A DNA stretch of 64,000 nt from Tubiluchus corallicola (Eukaryota > Animalia > Priapulida), in NCBI GenBank assembly GCA_030141605.1, contig JAQGDQ010000892.1:19251-83250 (forward strand), given 5' to 3'. The notes under the pieces were generated by a model. That model was given only the letters and a program-made list of their open reading frames with translations. It did not search any database and was not told the origin of the DNA. Positions 24,707 through 37,852 of this stretch are shown here, in pieces. The translations under genes and the position numbers were made by a program. The stretch's first letter is position 1, and each line of letters begins with the position of its first letter.

Positions 24707-27049
24707 CAAAGTATACACAATAAAGTAGGGAAAGTCCTTCTGCGCAGTAGTTCGCGCAGTTAGTGTCGCCCTAGCGGCTATTCAGTGCGGCCTGTTGTTG
24801 TCAGGTACGCAACAGCGCAGGCTGTGGGTACTGTAGCAGATGAATTGATGAGACCATCAAAACCAGCCCGGTTAACAGGCGCTCATAAATTGCTCAGCAG
24901 TGAGTTGCAAAAACACAAAAAGATATCTTTTTAAATTTCGCAAGGATGCAGCCAGGTAATTATAATAAAATGTTAATTATAACACAGTTTTGAAACTTTG
25001 GTTACTAGTTAAATATTTTGTACGCTAAGCAAAGACTGCAAGGCCTACATCTCTCTTTGACGATTTATAGCAGCTGTTATCTTTTTGAGTATTATTTAAA
25101 GTAAGCATAAGGCGTTAAGAATAATTTGTAGTTAAAATAAAAATTATTATAATCATATCTCATAAAAATTAATAGGCTTATTTACAAAAGAAGTTAAGAA
25201 AGTTGATCAAAAGAAAGAATACCTGGCTCATGTAGTATTCGATTTCTGGAGAAATATTTTTTCTAAAAAACATTTCTATTTCATATGTTCTTATCAGGAA
25301 ATATAACTTGAAGAAATATTAGGCCTGACTTTCATGTGTAATACCTTTCATAGAAAAAAATCGATTTTTTCAGAAGAGCAAATAATTTTCCAGAACATAA
25401 CTTAATCTAAACATCTGCATGTTTTGTTAATTCCAAGTTAAAAAATGTTTAAAAAGCATATAATCATACATTGGCCTTTGTTATGAGTTGGAGTTAGTTA
25501 TAAAATTACGTTGAACAAGCAGAGATGTATTTACGACATTACTCCTCTTTTTTATTATCAGTGAACAAAAAATAACTGAAGGAAACATCAGAGCTGTCAT
25601 CCTAAGCAGCCGACATAACTTCCAACTCTATAACAACCAACTAACTATGTCAAAACCTAGTTAAAGAATTCAGGCGAGAAGCATAAATTAGAATCTGCAC
25701 GCGTGTCATAATACCTTATAATATCATGTGCAGACATTACTTATATTTGGCCTAATTTTTTAAGATTCAGTTAGGCTTACATCAAAATAAATGTTCATTA
25801 AATACAGTTTGCTTACATGTAAAAAATGTACTTGTATAATGTTCTTTTGTTTTGTTTATTAATTAGACTCTTTAGTATTATTTTAATGCATGTACTTTGC
25901 AGCTTGATTCAGTTCCCTATTTGAAAGTTTGTTTAAATTTCTGTTTGGCTAGCTTGCTTTTCATTTTATTTAGTTTGTTTTTTATTATTTTTATTTAGTA
26001 TTATTGTTATTATTTTGCATGTTTTTCTCATATTGAGTTATGCATGGACAATATGACAGCTTGAATTTGGTCATTTTTTGCACTAATGTTTTTCTTTTGC
26101 TAATAGGTACCATTACGACCTTTGTTACTTTATTAGTAAGGTATAAATCAATTTAAATGAAATTATTCATTCATCGCCGCCTATATCAAAATCGTAATTA
26201 CATATTAAGTTTTCCTCATGTTTCCTTGCTGTTCATTACATCTTTTACTTTATTTCAAAATTATTTCAATATTTATATCAAAATCGTAATTCCATATTGT
26301 GTTTTTCTTATGTTTCCTTGCTATTATTACATCATTTACTTTATTACATCAATTTCATTGAGTCATCTACAAAAGCACGCATATCTTTAATAATTTTTTC
26401 ATTTTCATTTAAGTAAGGTGAGTGTGTTAATGACCGTATGGTCGTACACTCACCTCACACTACTCAAATTATTTTATTTATTGTTTATTTATGTGTACAA
26501 TATTGTATTTTGATGTGTGAAATAAAATTCATAGTTCATAGTTCCGTCTTTCTTTTAACTCTCTCTCTCTCTCTCCCCCTCTTTCTCTCTAAGAGAGGGG
26601 AGGGAGAGAAAAATCAATAAATCAATGAAAAATGCATTACTTCTTTACATAGCAGGCAGCCCATCACGCAGTCAGCTAGCCTCTTTCCTCAGGAAAAACA
26701 ATAAAATTTTACTTACAAGAAAACTGAACAGGCATTTGCAAGTACATATTACAAACTTATTGCTACAATTTTTTTCCTTTTCATGAAATGTTTTCAGTTT
26801 TTTTAAACTAATAATTGCTTTTAATTGAGATATACTTCTTTTATTAAAAACGCAAAAGTGATTTTGGCTTATCAAAATTGCACGTATGCCAACACTACTG
26901 GTGAACTTAATAATATTATTATTACAGTCAATGCGGCGCTCCAAATTTTTCACTGAATGGCCGTTTGATGCCGCCAGCATAGCCGCTAATCGCAAAAAGG
27001 AAATACGTAACATTAGGCGACTTTCGTCACTTCCTCTTTATACACTTTG
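24707..27049. mobile_element. Non-autonomous TIR element, P-superfamily-like (2343 bp)
   Basis: Termini caaagtata... / ...tacactttg; TSD tctatat (24700-24706, 27050-27056); empty site with a single tctatat in unit 1 (20125-20131) and unit 3 (32772-32778); no transposase ORF seen. Confidence 0.85.
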
Positions 27050-27348
27050 TCTATATGGTGAACTAACAATAGCAAATATAATACTATTGCCAGCGTACAG
27101 CAGTAACCTATTTCGAATGCTATAACGTGACGTTCTGCCAATATGACTAAGATTGTGTAGAAGTAGGTTTACACAAAATTGTATCATGTCAACAACAACG
27201 CGTTGCATGTATGAAAAATATTTTAAACGAAAGATGGCGGCCGTTTTTATACTTTGAAACCAGGTTTTACCATCCAATTATAATCTCACAAGGATGAGCA
27301 GAAGGTTTTTAATTTAAAAAAATGTATTTACATCGTTTTAAAAAGTTA

Positions 27349-27562
27349 TGACTCGTTTAGACGTAGACGCTTCTTTCGCAACTTGTTGCACAACTTCTCC
27401 GAGAGTAAAGTTACACGTGTGAACGGCTAGGCAGCTACTCTTATTTTGAGGACAGAAGTTGCCATAAAGCGTTCATATGTGCGGTTTGCGAAGAAAGTTA
27501 CCATGTGTAACTCTACTCTCAGAGAAAAGTTGCGTGAGAAGTCTGTACGTCTGAACGGGCCT
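27349..27562. mobile_element. Palindromic Harbinger-like MITE, unit 2 copy
   Basis: Paralog of 20424-20637. Confidence 0.6.
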
Positions 27563-28734
27563 TTACTCTCAACAGAGTCAGTGTGTATGTTAACTTCCCA
27601 AGCCAATGAGACAAAGTTATGTTGTGTTGGAGACATAATATGGATTAAGATTGCATTAATAATGCCACATTTGGTTTGATTAACATCACTACTTCTTAAG
27701 TGAGTTATTAGTATGAAGATGATTACCAATATGTCCGTCATTGACACATCATTTGATGTTAATGAATACAGTAACAATTATGATGATATCATCAACAGCA
27801 GCAGTAACACCATCCCCATCGGCAACACCAATAGCAGCAGTAACAACCACAACCACAACAACAACAACGGCAACAGCAACAATTGTTGCAGTAACAACAG
27901 CAACAACAGCAATAGCAAGAGCAAAAACAGCAGCAGCAACAACGACAGTGACAGCCACAACGACGACAACAACAACAGTAGCAGCAGCAACAACGACAGT
28001 GACAGCCACAACGACGACAACAACAACAGTAGCAGCAGCAAAACAGCAATAGCAACAACGACGACGACGACGACGACAACAACAACAATGGCAACTGCAA
28101 CAACTGTCGCAGTAGCAACAGCAACAACAGCAACAACAACAACAGTAGCAGCAGCAAAACAACAATAGCAACAACAACATCAACAATAGCAACAACGACA
28201 ACAGCGATAATGACAACGACGACAACAACAAAAGTTTATATTTTTTGTCGATAAAAATGATAATTATGAACCTGATTCTGATCATCAAGAAGCAATTAAT
28301 TGATGAAAGCTGAAAATTCTGAAGTTGCTCCTTGCTAGTGATGACAAATTAGGTAAAAACTAATTGATTTTTGATTATGAATAACCTCAAAGATAGCTGA
28401 CGTAATTGTTGAGATTTCAATTTATAAATTAAAAAGCACGAATATTATAAAGAAATTAATCAGTCAGTTATAACGAATATTACAATAAAAACTGCTTAAA
28501 ATATTTACATATTCGTAATAGATACGTCCCAGGCACAATTTATAAATAAACTGTAACGAGACAGATCGTTAAAGTATCAGTAGTGTGCAGAAGGGTTGTT
28601 CGAAGTTCATTTCCGAAGTAAGCTAATTATTTGTTCTGTATACGAAGTACTTAAAAATAGTACATAATTACTTTTGTAGTTTTATTGTGCAAGTATATAT
28701 ATATAGGAAACTGTCTTATCGTATCATTAACCGT

Positions 28735-29209
28735 GTATTTGTTTAATGACATAAAAGATGAATTAAAAACTGTTCAGCCAATTCAAAAATTCAAAAGGAA
28801 ATACAGAGCAATGATTCTCAACAAGTACAACATTTCTTAATTTCCTACACCTACTGCAGCAGTCATACCACAATCCTGGTACAGATTATGCAAAACAAGG
28901 CATCATTGATAAACCTTTAGAGCTGATGTCAACATAGCGCAATCTATTGTCTTTCTTCCTACTATTTCCACTAACACATCCTTCTACCCTTCCTTTCTCC
29001 CAGTTCTTTTTTTTGTTCACTCATCCATTCTTTTTTTATCGGGTTCACATGACAGTGGGCTTATACAAGCCTTTGCTTCTCTAGCCCACTACAATGCAAT
29101 TAATCTTTTATGATATTGATAGTGTATGAAACATAACAATTTCAAACAGTATGATGTAATAATTTTGATATCACTGTGTGCTTAATGTCATTATATTGTA
29201 CTGAATGTG

Positions 29210-29254
<45 letters not shown>

Positions 29255-29270
29255 AAAATAAAAATAAATA
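28735..29270 (+). mobile_element. 3' end of CR1/L2-group LINE (5'-truncated)
   Basis: Short terminal peptide IKDELKTVQPIQKFKRKYRAMILNKYNIS*, then 3'UTR with stem-loop agtgggct...agcccact and (TAA)n tail. Confidence 0.55.
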
Positions 29271-29390
29271 AATGAATGAATAGGCCTGGTATGAAGTCCA
29301 AGTAACTCGCTGGGAAAAGCTGATAGTTGTTGGAGCAGGTCTTTCTCCGTGTTTAGAGGCAAAGCTATCTCTTAACTTAATAAAACTACT

Positions 29391-29461
<71 letters not shown>

Positions 29462-29863
29462 CTTTTATTTATCTTGTAACACACGCACAGTTATAATACA
29501 ATTAATTTGGAAACAAAAATGTGAAGAAAGGGCAGCGAAAGACCAGTTAGTCATCTAGTCAGCTGCCCTTTGGTTAGTGATGAACATTTTTATAAGCACT
29601 ATGCTACAGTGTATTAGTGTTAGTACTGATTATAATAATAATTTAATTGTTACGAATGACATTAAATTGGTATGCTTATAACGTGTTAATACAATTCATA
29701 CACAGTAATAAAACGTTCATAATAAAATATCAAACAAGAGCTGAAAATAAAAAAACTGACAACAGAAACATAAAAACAATGGCAACTGAAATATACTTTA
29801 TAACACAAGCATAATTCCAAGACATAAGCAAGCGAATGTGTAATAGAATCATTAAAAAATGCA

Positions 29864-32800
29864 GAACGCATGACTCTAACCTGCGTCACAATGAGTTCGT
29901 ATTTTATTAATACCCAATGAATGAGCAAAATAGTGCAAAACAATGGAAGGTACAAAACGTAAATCGAATTGTCACTTCTCCTTGGAAGAACCACTTTGTT
30001 CAAAAGAGAGGAACTAAAAGTGTCGGCGCTACTTCTATGAATAAAGCTACTCTCTAGTGAAGAAACTCTAAGAAGGTCTTTAAAGTCACGAAATGGTGCG
30101 ACTGCGCACTTTTCTGAGCTGGTCCGCCGCTTTGCTCTCATTTGTGGGAGCATCATCAGCTTTAAATTCCAGCTATATTCCACCAGGATGCCAACGTTTA
30201 CGTGGGTGGCCACTCCGTATACGCGAACTCCGCATGAAAGAAAAGCATTTTGCAACGACAAGAAAACATTATCTGGGAATTAAAGACAAAATTGAACCAG
30301 GTAGTTGGTGGAACACAGAAGCGCACATATTTCTTCGCGAAAGGGAAAAGGGGCAAACTGACAATACTTTGTTTTACGAAGGCCATACGAAAAACGTAGG
30401 TCCTTACATAGGAATCAGAGATCCATATTTTAGTTTTTGGAAGATGCGTGACTACTTTCTTGGAGACAACTTTCGTGCACACTCTCTAGACGAGTATGGT
30501 GAAAGATGGCCTAAAGTGAAGGTACAGTTTAAATGTGTGGACACTAATAATGGCCTAAGCGAAAATCCCAGAAATTATCACTGGGTAGATCTTTCCATAT
30601 ATTTAAACCCATTAGATGCTCATGAACCGAGTATCATAGCAGGTGGCAGTCATTACTTAGGCGAAGACATTCCTGTTGGTTCCGAGGTCATCAATATGTG
30701 TGGGGGAGATATTGATGTGTGGGATTATGTAATAGGGTTTACATTATGTCTGGGTCAGGAATCCGACATTGCTAATTGCAGTAGCGAAGAATATTTTGCA
30801 ACTGAACCAGAAGAACAGTTTCGACGACCTCATAAGCACTTGACTCATATGAGATGTCAACATGTGTACCTGAAGAAATCGTTGATTGATAAAGTTGGCC
30901 AAAATTTCGAAATTCTTGTCAAGCTGATACCTGATAATCCTAGACAGAAAAAATCTACCCGCACGAAAACAATTTATGTAACTGATAAAAACAATCAAGG
31001 TCCCGAATTTCGCCACAGAATTTACACAACCAGGGCAGACAATGCAACTGGTTTGGAAGAAGTTGAACCTGCTACGATAAAAGCTGTTGACAAAGACAAG
31101 AATAAACATGGGGTTTTCTACACCTTTCCATTTCCAAAACAAGTTGAAGGCAAATTTCGATTTGAAAAGAACGGGCAAATTTCTGCTGTAAAACAGCTTC
31201 CCCTTTCAGCTAACTACTACGCTCTCATCCAAGCCACTGAGCACGAAGATGCCACGCACTACGACAGGGCCCTGTTATCTATCAAAGTCCGTAGCGCTGC
31301 AGAAACCGTAACGTTCGACAAAGAAAGTTACTCGGCAAAACTCTCTGCATACGAACTTGATAATACGCCTACAATGGTACTGTTCATAGAAGCGACCATG
31401 ACGAATTCAAATATGTCAGTTGATTATAAATTGAAAGCAGATGGCAACCCCATTGCGAGGTATATGTTCGAACTGGTTGTCGTACAAAAAAAAGCAGAAA
31501 AAACACTTATTAGACTAGACATGGTAAGAAAAATGGGATATGAGAACGAACACAGTTTGGTCGTAGGGGCATTTCATCGTGCATCCGAATCGGACCTACA
31601 TTTAACACAAATAGGTTCGGCTGACATTACTGTTACGATTGTAAAAGGTATTATGAACAAACCCATGTTCACTAAGACAACTTACAGACTGGACAGCGCA
31701 GGAACTGCTGGGTCATATGCAGGACAGGTGAAAGCGTATTTTAGAGATTTCACTGACGAACAGGTAATGTTTTCGATTCTTACGTATGGCGAAATGTTCA
31801 AAATTGATAACAAAGGAAGAATTTCATTGAAGAGTGACGGATTTGGCACCATAGAAATTGCAGTTGGAGCTTGCAGCAGGGCCGCTTTAGATTTCGCTGA
31901 CACCAGGTGTGGTTATACTAAAGTAGTAATTGTAATGCCAACTATGATGGATCTTAATGAAACTGATTATAGACCTCTTCCCGAAGCCTCGCGTGCACAC
32001 CAGAGCAAAAAAGCACCTCCGAACTTTGGAATTTGGATGATGGTGGTGGTTATTGGTTTGATGTGTGTGGTCACTATAGGTCAGCTGTTTCTTCTTCTTC
32101 GTCAAGGGAAATGGTTTAACGCTGTTAGTAGCTCTACTCAAATGGGTGTGGCAAGCGATGACAATTAAATTCTATTCATTTCAATTTTTATTTCGGTAAC
32201 TGAGACTATATACAAATACAACCCAAAAATTTTTAAATGAGTCAATTTTTTTACAGGCTAATAAAACATTTCTAGTTTAAAACAACACAACTTTATTATA
32301 AATTTTATTATAAACTTCCAGTTACTCATAGCTCTGGTAACAATGGTGAGCTTTGTGGCCAGAGGCACAAATATGGTCATTAATGCTGGTATGTGTGCAT
32401 GTATATGTATATATGTATATGCAAATATATGTGTACATGTATATGTATATATGTATATGCAAATATGTATACATGTATATGCATATATATGTGTATATGT
32501 ATATGTATATATGTGTATATAAGTGTGATGTCGAATGCTATATATATAAATACACATACACATATAAATGCATATACATATACATATACACATATATATG
32601 CATATACATATACATAGAAACATATAAATATACACACACACATATATATATATACAGGGTTAGTAAATGAAGTAATAGTAAATGTGAATAGCAAATTAAG
32701 ACCTAAATAAACATTAGAGCCTAATTAAGCAATAACTCGTTCCATTTCACAAAAAGGCAGGAATTGACAAGTCTATATGGTGAACTAACAATAGCAAATA

Positions 32801-33175
32801 TAATACTATTGCCAGCGTACAGCAGTAACCTATGTCGAATGCTATAACGTGACGTTCTGCCAATATGACTAAGATTGTGTAGAAGTAGGTTTACACAAAA
32901 TTGTGTCATGTCCACAACAACGCGTTGCATGTATGAAAAATATTTTAAACGAAAGATGGCGGCCGTTTTTATACTTTGAAACAAGGTTTTACCATTTAAT
33001 TATAATCTCACGAGGATGAGCAGAAGGTTTTTAATTTTAAAAATGTATTTACATAGTTTTAAAATGTTATGACTCGTTCAGACGTAGACGCTTCTTTCGC
33101 AACTTGTTGCACAACTTCTCCGAGAGTAAAGTTACACATGTGAACGGCTAGGCAGCTCCTCTTGGCTTGAGGACG
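29864..33175 (+). repeat. Duplication unit 3 (more diverged, shorter flanks)
   Basis: Homology to units 1/2 from 'agaacgcatgac' to 'ggcagctcctct...gaggac'. Confidence 0.88.
30093..32168 (+). CDS. Cadherin-related type I membrane protein, paralog 3 (691 aa, single-exon ORF)
   Basis: Same architecture; four in-frame indels (-2,-2,+5,-5 aa) in the N-terminal repeat; tail RQGKWFNAVSSSTQMGVASDDN identical to paralog 1. Confidence 0.9.
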   Translation: MVRLRTFLSWSAALLSFVGASSALNSSYIPPGCQRLRGWPLRIRELRMKEKHFATTRKHYLGIKDKIEPGSWWNTEAHIFLREREKGQTDNTLFYEGHTKNVGPYIGIRDPYFSFWKMRDYFLGDNFRAHSLDEYGERWPKVKVQFKCVDTNNGLSENPRNYHWVDLSIYLNPLDAHEPSIIAGGSHYLGEDIPVGSEVINMCGGDIDVWDYVIGFTLCLGQESDIANCSSEEYFATEPEEQFRRPHKHLTHMRCQHVYLKKSLIDKVGQNFEILVKLIPDNPRQKKSTRTKTIYVTDKNNQGPEFRHRIYTTRADNATGLEEVEPATIKAVDKDKNKHGVFYTFPFPKQVEGKFRFEKNGQISAVKQLPLSANYYALIQATEHEDATHYDRALLSIKVRSAAETVTFDKESYSAKLSAYELDNTPTMVLFIEATMTNSNMSVDYKLKADGNPIARYMFELVVVQKKAEKTLIRLDMVRKMGYENEHSLVVGAFHRASESDLHLTQIGSADITVTIVKGIMNKPMFTKTTYRLDSAGTAGSYAGQVKAYFRDFTDEQVMFSILTYGEMFKIDNKGRISLKSDGFGTIEIAVGACSRAALDFADTRCGYTKVVIVMPTMMDLNETDYRPLPEASRAHQSKKAPPNFGIWMMVVVIGLMCVVTIGQLFLLLRQGKWFNAVSSSTQMGVASDDN

Positions 33176-33370
33176 TTAAATAGGCAGATGGCTAAAGCAC
33201 AAAAAAATTACCTATATGACAAAATGAGGAGATTGACAATTGAAGTCCAGACTTTGAAAATGATCTACAGAAGTTAGACAATAAATAATTAAATACATAT
33301 TGAAGTTAATTGAACCTGCTATAACAGTAATTGCTCTTGCAATGTAGGTATTGCGATACAAGGAATACTC

Positions 33371-34066
33371 GGCGCTATTACACTTTCGCACCGCCTAGTT
33401 TTTCCCAGGTTATTACTCGTTTTTAGGCTCGTACTTCATTATTCTATTATTCTTACATCATCAGTGAATGTTTCCGCTAATCTAATTGTAATTTAATCAT
33501 ATATTTAGGTATAATTACCAATAATTATGCTGTATTCACAGTTCTACACAGTATCGCCATCTTGTTTGTATGTGTAGTCACGTGACGAATTTCGTACTAG
33601 TTTATGCATCATCAGGGCCTAGCTTAAAAGGCACCTGACACACTTTCATCTTAACTGCATTTACGAAATAAAGAAAAAACCTTTACTTTTATAATCTAAT
33701 ATGTGGGAACACTGTAATATGATACAAACTCCCGTGGCTGCAACCATAATAATCATAAATTATGCAAAAAACTAAAAATACAGGTTAAGGGCAACATACC
33801 GTCACTGCGCGAGAGCGATTGCGCATTAGTGGTGTAAACACGGTTATTCACGTGGAGCTTTTTGCGTAATGGCGGTATGAGTAATGGTAATGGTAAGTAA
33901 TGTATGATTTAAATTTGATTTTAATCTGGAATTATAAAGCCTAAAAACCTATATTATTGTGGGGAATATGGTGTATATTACGCCTGTTGGTCGCTTTCTG
34001 GCCTGCAGGCGTGAAAACAACCAATAGGCCAGGAAAAGCTAGGCGGTGCGAAAGTGTGATAGCGCC
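33371..34066. mobile_element. TIR element (MITE), ~696 bp, superfamily uncertain
   Basis: ~38-bp TIRs ggcgctattacactttcgcaccgcctagtttttcc / ggaaaagctaggcggtgcgaaagtgtgatagcgcc; TSD unclear. Confidence 0.75.
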
Positions 34067-34657
34067 AACTTCGTTGATTAAATGTTGAATTGTAAAATGT
34101 TGTGAGGTCTACTAACACTTAGACATTTTAATATGTGCTAACAGTATTTAAAGGGAAGTTAGTTTTTCCCCATGTAATAAAGACACTAAGTGCGTCAGAG
34201 TAAAGATTTTTGACCCCATTTTGCTGTAATCGACTCTCCAGCTTTTACAGGTTTCGTTTCCTGTATTCCGTTCCTTAAGACTTTGATTCTTATAGGTTTA
34301 TCTGCCATAGTTACATAAATTAACATAATAAATTTACGTAATTACTTAACTATTGTAAGATATTCTTTTATGCAGAAGCAGGATAATACGACAGTTGTGC
34401 ATGCGTGACGTAATGTTGATAGAAATGACGTAATCTCAGGAAAGCAGATAAAGCAAAAATGGAAAGTGTTTTGCTACGGGAAGACAATTTCTGCGTCGAT
34501 GAGTCATACATTTTAACAGGAAAATAACGCAAAATGTTCGTTCATTTAATTTAAATTGTGCGCCTGAAGGAACTACTCATACACAATGTTATAACTTATA
34601 TTAAACTTAAAAATTAAAAAACATGGCACCCAAATATTTTCGAAAGTACCCTCTTGA

Positions 34658-35024
34658 CAGTTTCGTTGTGCGCACGGACAGCTGCTGTAGGTCAAGGGTT
34701 AAGCGTACCACAGCAGCGTGTCTTAACTACAGCCGTCACTTAACATGTGTGTAAAGCAAAGCTGTCTGTCGCATCAGTTCAGCAATTTCAGATGTTGTAC
34801 GTAGACTTTACTTAATTATGCACTAGTCTGTACGTAGATTGATTTACTAGCAGGATCTTGCTTGGGAACAAGAAAAAATGAAGTAGAACAGGTTCTGGGT
34901 AGCTGTTAAAAGTGTTACTATTACAATAGCAAGGGCTGCGAGGCGTTGTTAAGTGTGCACAAATGCATTGTCTGGTACACTTAACCTTTGACCTTTTCAC
35001 AAGTGCTGGAACTGTAAAAAGGCT
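34658..35024 (+). mobile_element. Family C MITE
   Basis: cagtttcgttgtgcgcac ... ggaactgtaaaaaggct. Confidence 0.8.
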
Positions 35025-35694
35025 TATTCGTTTTGACCTTTGACCTTTCACAGTAAGTGCGAAAAGGCGTATTACAGACACACTATGCTGCTACTTATGC
35101 TAAACTTGAAAATTATAGAATTAAAATATTTTCAAACTTTCTAATTTTCCTGGTGATAGAGCCCAACCTGGTTGATATTACATTGCTAATTGTACTACTT
35201 AACTTTAGGGCAGCAAATGAACCGTTATTCCCTTAATGCTATGCTTTAGGGAAGCCCTGTAACACGCAAAATGATGATTCTGTCAGACACACTAATAAAT
35301 CGGCTAAGACAAAGACATCATCATCTCAAGACTCACGCTATCTCATTCGTTCTCTCATATTTCCCTTGCCATAACTTTTGTTCTGCGTCTGCAATAAATC
35401 TTTCGAAACGACATCTAATTATGACAACTTCCTGCACTAGAGGGCTCTCATCGTGGCTCGTTAATGTTTATAAATCAACTCTGGGCAACAGAGCTCAGCT
35501 GTAATGGATTTCGAACTCTAATTAGAAATTTTCAGTCCAATTATGAACTGCCAGGCTGCAAAAATCCCTCTTATCTGCTGGCTTACTCAACTAGCTTAAA
35601 GTAACATGATCATTAAATTCCAGTAGTGTTTTGAAAAACTCAAACTAATATCAACTCACAGCAAGTATTATTACCTACGCCTTGCAGAAAATGC

Positions 35695-35910
35695 TGTCTG
35701 TCTATCTGTCTATCTGTTTGGCTTACTGTCTGCCTGACTCTCTATATGTCTGTGTATCTGCCTGCCTGTCTATCTGTCTCTCTATCTGTCTGTCTGTTTG
35801 GCTGTATGCTATCTGTCTGTTTGGCTGTTTGGCTGTCTGCTATCTGACTCTCTATCTGTTTGTCTGCTGACTGTCTGCCTGACTACCTGTCTATCTGTCT
35901 GTCTGTTTGT
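35695..35910. repeat. Degenerate (TCTG)n tract
   Basis: Direct reading. Confidence 0.85.
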
Positions 35911-36071
35911 CGTTGTCTTTTCTGACAGGGGTCAAGGTGGCAGCGAGACTTGGACTACAGACATGAGACGCACTTTTTGCTGAGTTTTCTCCTTTCAGCT
36001 GCAAATATAAAAACTTAAGATGTTTTTTCAGAAAATGCAAAATCTGAAGCAGAAGAGTAGGGCTTTCATTC

Positions 36072-36668
36072 CTTCTGATTTTTCATAAACTACTCCATTT
36101 TCAAGTTCCTATGTAAAAAGTATACATTTTAACACATTTAATACTGCAAAAGCGTTTCTGATAATTAAATAATAGATTAAAAACTTAATTAACGGCGGAC
36201 GAGCTCAGCTATTGATGACATCACAAACTAACATAATTTTGAAAGCAAAAATTTTCCACGAGCGAGTTCGTGAAAGCGAAAATTGAAGTACAGTGCTACT
36301 GTAAGATATTCAGTGTGTTGTACTAAAACTAGGCAAGTTTTAAGATGAAAATTCAAATTTCAAATTTACTGATAATTACTGACGCATGAGCTGTTGAACG
36401 TGAGCAATTGGTCACAAACTAACACATCTGAACTGGGAGGTACAGCACCTGTTTTTTGTGCAAAAATGCAGGCGTTAGGGCCCATCTAACTAACGAATGG
36501 CGAAATGAATGTAACAGCGAAGAACTAGTGGCAGGAACGCGAAATTGTGTTTGTGTGATAATAATTCTTTCACGTAAGTCGTTTTTTGAAAAAAAAGCAC
36601 GTTTCCTTTCAATATTTCAAAGAGTAGATTGTTCTGACCTACAGTTTAAGGTTGGGCCTGGTTTTGCT
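36072..36668 (-). mobile_element. Family A Kolobok-like element, inverted
   Basis: Reverse complement of 2585-3164 along its length. Confidence 0.75.
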
Positions 36669-37199
36669 CTAAGTAACTAGTGTCAACTAACACTTGCTTT
36701 TGTAATAAACATGTAAGACAATATTTTCAAAATGAACCAGGTAAAACCTAAACTACTTTAAAATTTTACGTACCTTTTTCTTTGTATTTGACTGCACTAG
36801 ACTGCATTCAAATACAAGGCATCAAATACAAAGACATCATATGCTTTGTATTTGACTGCACGCAATAGCACGACGTTTTGAGAGAGAAATTTTTGCCTGG
36901 CAATTTAGCTCATATTTCGTGTTGAAAGTTATTGGGCTTCGTCTTAGACGATGGTACTGTAAAGGTTTCTTCTCTTGCTAATGTTACCTTATCCTCCTTT
37001 TCTAAGCCAATAACGTTTCACCTTGCAATTTGTAATAGTAATGGAAGCATTAAAGATATGCATTTGGTGTACACATGACAAAATCACATACATGACTGTA
37101 GGTCTTCTTCTGATATTTACGTCTTTGTTATTGTTTTTGTGGCCCAGAAGTCAATGTCGTTTCAGTTTTATCAATTTATTTCAATAACGATGGCTATGA

Positions 37200-37298
37200 C
37201 AACTAAAGCTACTGTAACAGCTATAACAACAACAGCAGCAGCAGCAACAACAACAACAACAACAGCAACAACAACAACAACAACAACAACAGCAACAA

Positions 37299-37357
<59 letters not shown>

Positions 37358-37521
37358 ACAACAACAACAGCAAGAGCAAAAGCTGCAGCAACAACACTAC
37401 AGCATCAACAACAACAACAGCAACAACAACACAACAGCAACAACAACAGCAACAGCAACAACAACAGCAAGAGCAACAGCAACAGCGACAGCGACAGCGA
37501 CAGCGACAGCAACAGCAACAA

Positions 37522-37552
<31 letters not shown>

Positions 37553-37630
37553 TACTACAACAACAACAACAGCAACAGCAAGAACAACAACAGCAGCAGC
37601 AATAGCAAGAGCAACAGCAACAGCAACAGC

Positions 37631-37667
<37 letters not shown>

Positions 37668-37705
37668 GCAGCAACAACGACAACAACAACAACAACAACA
37701 GCAAA
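37200..37705. repeat. (AAC)n/(AACAGC)n low-complexity tract
   Basis: Direct reading. Confidence 0.95.
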
Positions 37706-37714
37706 GACTTATAT

Positions 37715-37852
37715 TACCTCACTTTTACCGTAAATACCACCGACTAGGCATAGCAACAGCGGGCACCACTTTCAGAGTCATTGGCATGACCCAGAAGCAG
37801 TATCGAACTCACGACCTCCCAGACGCGTTACCACTATAGCACACTGTCTGGT
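37715..37852 (-). mobile_element. tRNA-derived SINE fragment
   Basis: Minus strand: A-box-like tagtggtaa, B-box gagttcgatac, then 'gggtcatgccaatgactctgaaagtggtgccc', resembling the core of Meta-type SINEs as I recall it (unverified). Confidence 0.55.

Larger units (their letters stand above)
21668..28566 (+). repeat. Tandem duplication unit 2 (unit 1 plus 2.35-kb insertion)
   Basis: Collinear with 17120-21667 apart from the insertion at 24707-27049. Confidence 0.92.
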
